Source of the DNA: Elusimicrobiota bacterium
GTDB lineage: Bacteria; Elusimicrobiota; Elusimicrobia; Elusimicrobiales; Elusimicrobiaceae
DNA: 59,222 bases
Direction of reading: 5' to 3'
Assembly: GCA_031264445.1 (NCBI GenBank)
Contig: JAISDW010000147.1
Location: forward strand, 1 to 59,222
Shown here: positions 53,291 to 59,222 of the stretch, piece by piece
Position numbering within the stretch: position 1 is the stretch's first letter
Layout of the letters: every line of letters starts with the position of its first letter
Notes under the pieces: model-generated
Told to the model about the DNA's origin: nothing
Database searches by the model: none
Seen by the model: only the letters and a program-made list of their open reading frames with translations
Position numbers and translations under genes: made by a program

Positions 53291-54133
53291 TTAATTAGCT
53301 CCCGACGTATTTTTACGTCTGTCTTTAATTATCATCCAATCCCAGGTTTTTGCCGGTCTGGTTTTTAAACCTCTGGCAATCTGGTTCCAGGGGGAGCGCG
53401 GTATATTGCCGCCTTTGGAGTGGCCCCTGCCGCCGCCCATAGGGTGGTCCACCGCGTTCATCGCGTTGCCGCGAACGGTGGGTTTGATGCCGCGGTGTCT
53501 GTTGCGGCCGGCATTGCCTATGACAACTGTGTTGTGCTCGGCATTACCGACCTGCCCTATTGTGGCGCAGCAGTCCTCAGGCACAAGCCTGATTTCGCCC
53601 GACGGCATTTTGATATGGACATAGCCGCCGTCTTTCGCCATGATTTGAGCCTGGCTGCCCGCACTTCTTGCAAGCTGCGCGCCTTTGCCGGTTTTAAGCT
53701 CAATAGCGTGGATAAAAGTACCTTCGGGGATATTTTTCAGAGGAAGGCAGTTACCCGTTTTAATATCAGCTTTAGGGCCCGACATCACTACATCACCGAC
53801 TTTCACCCCGACGGGATGCAGCATGTAGCGCTTATCGCCGTCAGCGTAATTTAAGAGGCAGATACGCGCGGAGCGGTTAGGGTCGTACTCTATTGAGACG
53901 ACTTTAGCCGGCACGCCGTATTTGTCCCTCTTAAAATCTATTTTCCTGTAGGCCTGCTTATGGCCGCCGCCGATGTGGCGCACCATAATCATGCCCGTAT
54001 TGTTTCTGCCGCCGCTCTTCCGCAAACCTTTGGTGAGCTTCTTTTCCGGAGTTGTTTTAGTAATCTCCGAGAAGTCGGCTACCGTAATGGTTCTCCTGGA
54101 AGGAGTGTACGGCCTGAATGTCTTGATAGGCAT
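53291..54133 (-). CDS. rplB: 50S ribosomal protein L2
   Basis: [30 protein letters not shown]. Confidence 0.95.
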   Translation of the reverse strand: MPIKTFRPYTPSRRTITVADFSEITKTTPEKKLTKGLRKSGGRNNTGMIMVRHIGGGHKQAYRKIDFKRDKYGVPAKVVSIEYDPNRSARICLLNYADGDKRYMLHPVGVKVGDVVMSGPKADIKTGNCLPLKNIPEGTFIHAIELKTGKGAQLARSAGSQAQIMAKDGGYVHIKMPSGEIRLVPEDCCATIGQVGNAEHNTVVIGNAGRNRHRGIKPTVRGNAMNAVDHPMGGGRGHSKGGNIPRSPWNQIARGLKTRPAKTWDWMIIKDRRKNTSGAN

Positions 54134-54148
54134 ATTTAAACAATCTCC

Positions 54149-54445
54149 TTACTTAGACGCGGTTTCAACCGTGTCTATTTTATCGCCTTTTTTCAATGTG
54201 ACGAGCGCTTTTTTAAGGTCGGGCCTTTTGCCCGCGAAGCGTCCCATCTTCTTGACTTTGCCGCGCAGGGGCAGAGTGGCAACCTTTTCAACGTGTACGC
54301 TGAAGATACTTTCCACCGCTTCGCGGATATCGTATTTACTTGCATTCTTTTCCACTACAAAGACGTAGCAGTTGTCGCTGTCCCTTAAGATAAGGCTCTT
54401 TTCTGTCAGGAGAGGTTTTCTGATGGTTTCGTATATTTTCGTCAT
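54149..54445 (-). CDS. rplW: 50S ribosomal protein L23
   Basis: IRKPLLTEKS..YVFVV...ASKYDIREAVE. Confidence 0.92.
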   Translation of the reverse strand: MTKIYETIRKPLLTEKSLILRDSDNCYVFVVEKNASKYDIREAVESIFSVHVEKVATLPLRGKVKKMGRFAGKRPDLKKALVTLKKGDKIDTVETASK

Positions 54446-54460
54446 TTTAAAAATCTCCCT

Positions 54461-55078
54461 TTATTTGCCCATTGTCTCAAGAGCTTCTTTAGTGAAAATC
54501 ACTTTGCTGCTGTTGAGCACAGCGTAGGCGTTCAAATCCGCCGGCACAGACTGCGAAACGCCGGATATATTACCACCGGCACGCAGAAGTTTGGCGTCGC
54601 GCGCGGAGACTATCAGCGGCTTGCGGCCCGCGGAAAGCGCTTTAAGCGCGGTTACGACTTCTTTGGTTTTGGGCTCTTTAATCTCAAAGCTGTCAACGAC
54701 AACTATATTGCCGTCCGTAAACTTTGCCGATAAAGCATGTGCCAAACCCAAGCGTCTTTTGGCGGCGGGAAGCTCAATCCTGAAGGAGCGCGGCGTCGGG
54801 CCGAAAGCAACACCGCCGTGGCGCCATATAGGCGAGCGCATGCTGCCGTGGCGGGCGCGGCCGGTGCCTTTCTGCTTCCAGGGTTTTTTGCCCGTGCCCG
54901 AGACTTCCGCGCGGGTCTTAACGTCGGCTGAGCCGGCGCGCTGGTTGGCCAGATAGGCCGTGATTACTTCGTGCAGGAAAGTAGGGTTCGGTTTCTTGCC
55001 GAATAAAGAATCCGGCAGATTTACCGCGCCCACTTCTTTGCCTTGGATATTTAAAAGTTTAGTTTCCATTTTTGGCAT
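54461..55078 (-). CDS. rplD: 50S ribosomal protein L4
   Basis: GTGKKPWKQKGTGRARHGS.RSPIWRHGGVAFGP. Start at M1 (55078) or M4 (55069) uncertain. Confidence 0.93.
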   Translation of the reverse strand: MPKMETKLLNIQGKEVGAVNLPDSLFGKKPNPTFLHEVITAYLANQRAGSADVKTRAEVSGTGKKPWKQKGTGRARHGSMRSPIWRHGGVAFGPTPRSFRIELPAAKRRLGLAHALSAKFTDGNIVVVDSFEIKEPKTKEVVTALKALSAGRKPLIVSARDAKLLRAGGNISGVSQSVPADLNAYAVLNSSKVIFTKEALETMGK

Positions 55079-55080
55079 TC

Positions 55081-55881
55081 CTATTTCTTCTTAGCGGCGG
55101 CAGAAGCCTTGATATTTGCCGCTTTGGAGGCGGACAGCTTCTGTACCTGCGCCGTGGTTATGCGCTTTCTGGGTTTGGAAGTTTCCAAAACAGACACTAT
55201 GGTGCCTTTGGCGCCCGGCACGGAACCTTTCAAAAAGATAAGGTTATTGGCCGCGTCTACTTTTGCAACTTCTATCTTGGAGACGGTGGTAGTCGTAAAT
55301 CCGTAGTGGCCGGCCATTCTCTGTCCGGAGAGGACTTTACCCAAAGACCTTCTGGAAGCCAGACCGCCCGGGGCTCTTTCCCTGTCGCTCGCGCCGTGGG
55401 AAGCCGGCTGGCCCGAAAACCCGTGGCGCTTCATCGCGCCCGCGAAACCGCGGCCCTTAATTTTGCCCTGAACGTCCACATAATCGCCTGGTTTAAAAAC
55501 GGCGTCCAAATCTATAATCTGGCCGGCTTCAAAGCCTTTAACGTCGGCTATGCGGCACTCTTTGATGTGTTTTACGGGGGTTATGCCCAGTTCTTTGAAA
55601 TTGCCGGTATCGGGTTTGTTAAGCCTGCTTTCCTTAACATCGCCAAAACCCAGTGCGACGGCGGCATAGCCGTCCTTTTCCTGCGTTCTGACCCTGACAA
55701 TTTTGCAGGGGCCCGCCTTTACGACGGATACCGCGTGAAGATTGCCTTTATCGTCAAAAACCTGCGTCATGCCGAGTTTTTCGCCCAATACAAAGCGGAG
55801 GCTGGCCGGCGCTTTTTTGACCTCTGCCGCGGCGGAAGTCGCTTCCGGTACCGCGGACTGTTGGTTTGTTTCTTCTGACAT
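55081..55881 (-). CDS. rplC: 50S ribosomal protein L3 (about 30-aa N-terminal and Ala/Lys C-terminal extensions)
   Basis: LGEKLGMTQVFD..GKGFAGAMKRHGFSG. An internal TTG start just before LGEK cannot be excluded. Confidence 0.92.
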   Translation of the reverse strand: MSEETNQQSAVPEATSAAAEVKKAPASLRFVLGEKLGMTQVFDDKGNLHAVSVVKAGPCKIVRVRTQEKDGYAAVALGFGDVKESRLNKPDTGNFKELGITPVKHIKECRIADVKGFEAGQIIDLDAVFKPGDYVDVQGKIKGRGFAGAMKRHGFSGQPASHGASDRERAPGGLASRRSLGKVLSGQRMAGHYGFTTTTVSKIEVAKVDAANNLIFLKGSVPGAKGTIVSVLETSKPRKRITTAQVQKLSASKAANIKASAAAKKK

Positions 55882-56029
55882 TACTTTTTTGTTCCTTGTT
55901 TTACGGCCCGCATCATAGGACGCATACCCTTCGGGGTCTGCGGCGCTACTGCGGCGCCTTTTTTTACTGATGCAGAGTTCTTATGTTTTCTGCACCCGCG
56001 GCGTTTAAGCCGCGCCGGGTTTTAAAAAC

Positions 56030-56377
56030 TTAATTGCTTTTTATGGCCACATCCACGCCAGCGGGCAGATCAAGTTTCATTAACTCGTCCACGGTTTTGG
56101 CGGTGGGGCTCTTTAAATCAATAAGGCGTTTGTGTATGCGCATTTCAAACTGCTCGCGGGATTTTTTATCGGTATGCGGGCTGCGCAACACGGTATACTT
56201 TTTGATTTTGACGGGCAGCAGCACCGGCCCGGCAACTATTGCGCCGGTTTTTTTGGCGGTGTCAACTATCCTCGCTACGGAATTATCCAGCATCCTGTAA
56301 TCATAAGAGCGCAGTTTGATGCGGATTCTTTCCTGCCCGCTTAACTTTGCCGTTTTTTTATCATGTTTTTCTGCCAT
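56030..56377 (-). CDS. rpsJ: 30S ribosomal protein S10
   Basis: [40 protein letters not shown] 56377 is preceded by AAGGT at 8 nt; the listed extension is unsupported. Confidence 0.93.
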   Translation of the reverse strand: MAEKHDKKTAKLSGQERIRIKLRSYDYRMLDNSVARIVDTAKKTGAIVAGPVLLPVKIKKYTVLRSPHTDKKSREQFEMRIHKRLIDLKSPTAKTVDELMKLDLPAGVDVAIKSN

Positions 56378-56603
56378 TTTATTTACCTTGAATATTTTAT
56401 TTTCCGTTATAAATTTATGTCCGCAAAGCATATCGTTTTTTTTAAGCTACACGCCGTTTTTTGCACTGCTTTTTTACTGCGTCTGAGACGGCGATTATAC
56501 GGCCGTAAAAACGTAGAGAAAATACCATCCATGTCAGCCATTTACGCCGGCCGACATGGTAATAAAGGTATCTCTCAAGACTGCGATATACTTTACTTAG
56601 GAT

Positions 56604-56632
56604 ATTGTAGCAATTTATCTATACGAATGCAA
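56604..56632 (-). promoter_or_regulatory. Putative promoter of the S10 operon
   Basis: Minus strand TTGCAT-17 nt-TACAAT, implying a 5' leader of about 225 nt before rpsJ. Confidence 0.5.
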
Positions 56633-56640
56633 CAACTTTT

Positions 56641-56676
56641 AAAAACGCGCGGGCCCCGCATTGTTGCGGGGCCCTG
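56641..56676 (-). terminator. Rho-independent terminator of the upstream accessory operon
   Basis: Minus strand GGGCCCCGCA-ACAA-TGCGGGGCCC (10-bp stem), then GCGCGTTTTT. Confidence 0.65.
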
Positions 56677-56724
56677 CCTGATTGCTTATATTATAACAAA
56701 AATCAGCGCTTTGCGCGGGCGGGG

Positions 56725-57555
56725 TTAATGCGTTTTTACCACCCCTTTACTTCCTGCCACGCGGCCGTTCTTTTCCCGCGCTCTTAAAAAGTATGCGCCG
56801 ACTTCTTCTATCGTCAGCGGCTTGCCGGAGCCTTCCACATATTTCAGCATTCTGCCCAATGAGTCTATCAGCTCCAGCCGGTACGCTTCGGTTTTATATG
56901 CATTTGTGCCCGGGACTGGCTCTATAACGCTGCCTTTTGCATCGGCTGTATTTGTTTTAAATATACCTTTAGTATCGTTTATATATTTAAGCTTTACAGG
57001 CCATGAATGTTCATAATCAACACCTTTTGCGGTAGTAATTTGAATTTTAAGAGAATAATTATCGGGCGCGTAAACAAATGCATCCCCATAAATATCAATA
57101 AGAGGGCTTTGATAAAAAGGCAGGATCGACAAGGCCAACTTACCTCTAAACTCCTCAGGAACATTATAGGGTGGCAAAGGCATAAGCGGCGGGACAAACT
57201 GCAATATAACTCCGGGTCCCTGTTGTTCAAAAATTTCGACTAAAACTCTGTCATCGCTGTTTAAATCTTCAGGATCCAATTTTCTACCTAAATATCCCAC
57301 CAGCCATTCGCCTTTAAAAAGACCCATATATATATGCTGCGGCTTTTCCCACGCTGTAAACGAAAACGAATCACAAGAATCCTCTGAACTAAAATTTGCC
57401 ATATCAATAACACATTCATCGGAAACACGGGGACGAAATTCTATTCCGTCGTTTGATTTAGAAGGCTTCCCTGCGTGGCCGGCATATGTAAGCGTCATTG
57501 CAGATAATGCCGAACATAAAAACAGCGCAGGAATCGATACCGTCAATCTTTTCAC
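56725..57555 (-). CDS. Hypothetical secreted protein
   Basis: GTG start with GGAG SD. Signal peptide MKRLTVSIPALFLCSALSAMTLTYA. AT-rich; no family recognised. Lies 9 nt downstream of the Cys-rich gene. Confidence 0.65.
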   Translation of the reverse strand: MKRLTVSIPALFLCSALSAMTLTYAGHAGKPSKSNDGIEFRPRVSDECVIDMANFSSEDSCDSFSFTAWEKPQHIYMGLFKGEWLVGYLGRKLDPEDLNSDDRVLVEIFEQQGPGVILQFVPPLMPLPPYNVPEEFRGKLALSILPFYQSPLIDIYGDAFVYAPDNYSLKIQITTAKGVDYEHSWPVKLKYINDTKGIFKTNTADAKGSVIEPVPGTNAYKTEAYRLELIDSLGRMLKYVEGSGKPLTIEEVGAYFLRAREKNGRVAGSKGVVKTH

Positions 57556-57564
57556 AATAATCTC

Positions 57565-59222
57565 CTATCTGGGCGTGCACTTTAGTATTTTTACGCTCGG
57601 CGCGCCTCCGGACTTTCTACTGTAGAACGTTCTTTTCCACCATTTTGAAGAATCCCACACCTGGTTCCAGCCGTTAAAGTTAGGGCAAACATTGTTAATC
57701 AATGTTCCACAAGCCTTTGTTGGGCCGGAGGCATTGCTTTTATAACAATATCTAAACGAATATGACTCCAACGAATATTTGTGGATTGGGTAAGTATACT
57801 CCGTATAATTATAACTTGCTCCTGTGCCCGCAATACAAGCCACTCCATTTTGCTTTTCACAAGCGCCGTCCAAGTCATTAGCATTAACTAATGTGTTAAC
57901 GGCGGCGCTGCAAAATGAAAGTTGTTGAGATCCAGCGGTATCGCAACCGGTAACCTTACCCACGGCGCTGGAAGTGGAATCAAAGCTGGCATTATAACCA
58001 CCAGTAGGCGTACTCGCATAAAAACAAGTACTACAGTTACTACTCTGGCTTTTGGCTGTAGGAATGCTGTGTGTAGTATTAACCCAACCTGTATTGGAAC
58101 CGCCATCACCTATAGATCCATCGCCGTTAGAAGCACCCTGTGCTTTTGGGCCAAAACACATCGGCCTTGTACTACTGGAGGTTTTGCAGGTGTTCCACAG
58201 ATGCCCTGTAGTAGTATAATTCTCGTTATAAGTCAATAAGCCTGGCCAGTCAGTATAGGTATGATCCCCTACACTTGAAGGAGGTGCGGAGGCAACATCA
58301 TTAGCCGCTTTTGTAATGTCACCATTACATACATTATAAGTGTTGCTGGTTAGATTTTGTGTGACTCCTGTCTTCACTTGAAAAGAGGCAATATATGGTG
58401 CAGGCACTACCCTATAAAAACTATTTGACGTATCTGGGGAGCTACCGCCGCCAGAACCAGTCCACTTATAACCAGCCGCATAGCCGCCACCTGGGTGGGC
58501 ACAAGATGTTTCCCATGTACCATAGCTAAATGTATCTGTATTATCCGATGGGGCACTATCACCACCTAAGATAGCAACTTTTTTAGTTTCAGTTGCCCCC
58601 GCGTATCTTGGGCATCTGCCGTCAGAAAGCGGTGGCGTATTATTGGGACATGTACATTTGCAGGGATTGCTACTGCTGCTCCACGTCCCGCCGCTGGATA
58701 TACATGGCTCGCTCAATTTGCCCAATGTTATCGTTCCTGATCCATTGTTAATGCTAATAATATCATCCTGACATACGCAACGTTTATTGTATGAAGTAGT
58801 GGGATTATAGGTACTACCAGTTACAGACGATACTATAATCTCTGTTTTGGGAGAGACGCATTTGCACTCACAATCAGTTTCATCGTATTCACCGCCTATC
58901 GTCGTTTCGCATGAAGATTTCTCTGCGGTAAGATTATTGCATTGGCATGTATAATCTGCTTGTGGTTCCTTTTTGTCACCGCAGTTACAATCGCATCTGG
59001 GCGAGTCATTTATACCATTCCATGTTCCGCCGGTAGTCGTGCATCTTGTGCTGTTCTTTCTGGCGTTTGCACCCACATTGGAATCTGCCTGAGTAAATAT
59101 ATGGGCAGAAACAGAGGGGGATCCGGAGACAGATATCTCCCCGGTAGTGCTATCGCAGGCGCTGTTGAGGCGGTGGCAATCATTAGGGCAATAACATGCT
59201 CCTTCGGCCAAGATTAGACCAT
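57565..59222 (-). CDS. Large Cys/Ser/Thr/Gly/Asn-rich surface-type protein (5' end outside window)
   Basis: Frame stays open to the window edge beyond the listed TTG at 59211. No signal peptide in the visible part. Three C..GG.(W/Y)..CxCxC modules, few charged residues, about 40 Cys. Confidence 0.6.
   Translation of the reverse strand, partial: GLILAEGACYCPNDCHRLNSACDSTTGEISVSGSPSVSAHIFTQADSNVGANARKNSTRCTTTGGTWNGINDSPRCDCNCGDKKEPQADYTCQCNNLTAEKSSCETTIGGEYDETDCECKCVSPKTEIIVSSVTGSTYNPTTSYNKRCVCQDDIISINNGSGTITLGKLSEPCISSGGTWSSSSNPCKCTCPNNTPPLSDGRCPRYAGATETKKVAILGGDSAPSDNTDTFSYGTWETSCAHPGGGYAAGYKWTGSGGGSSPDTSNSFYRVVPAPYIASFQVKTGVTQNLTSNTYNVCNGDITKAANDVASAPPSSVGDHTYTDWPGLLTYNENYTTTGHLWNTCKTSSSTRPMCFGPKAQGASNGDGSIGDGGSNTGWVNTTHSIPTAKSQSSNCSTCFYASTPTGGYNASFDSTSSAVGKVTGCDTAGSQQLSFCSAAVNTLVNANDLDGACEKQNGVACIAGTGASYNYTEYTYPIHKYSLESYSFRYCYKSNASGPTKACGTLINNVCPNFNGWNQVWDSSKWWKRTFYSRKSGGAPSVKILKCTPR

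Overview
59.2-kb bacterial chromosomal window. The gene content hints at an Elusimicrobiota-like organism: two pilin-like genes with FTLIELLVVVLIIGILAAIALPQY leaders and Ala/Lys-rich tails on ribosomal proteins. This is inference only. Three blocks look like conserved core. (1) 1-7.0 kb holds a DsbD-like fragment, trmL, an MFS transporter, tRNA-Phe, a GAF protein and a four-subunit OorDABC-type 2-oxoacid:ferredoxin oxidoreductase. (2) 10.1-19.9 kb on the minus strand is one tightly packed array: gcvT-gcvH-gcvPA-gcvPB, a lipoate ligase-like gene, an HExxH membrane protein, an AsmA-like protein, a PRTase and an RlmI-like gene. (3) 33.0-56.4 kb on the minus strand is an S10-spc-alpha ribosomal supercluster (rpsJ to rplQ, with secY, adk, map, infA and a manually found rpmJ). 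It runs without a gap into mreBCD-mrdA-rodA, a DUF2344 gene and rng. Between these blocks lie visibly AT-richer accessory genes. They comprise two pilin-like paralogs, two secreted hypothetical proteins behind an (AT)9-containing promoter, a MarR regulator, a lipoprotein and a class II Fic protein. They also include a DUF45-amidase pair, a stand-alone NYN nuclease, a ~1677-aa AIDA-like autotransporter, a DUF559 endonuclease, and a large Cys-rich protein with a secreted partner. Almost every accessory gene is bracketed by mosaics of at least five hairpin-repeat unit types sharing termini CCACCCTCACC/GGTGAGGGTGG. The DUF559 gene sits exactly between two such termini. I consider this repeat system, and its possible nuclease partner, the most novel signal. 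No CRISPR array, transposase, integrase, rRNA or recognisable riboswitch was seen.
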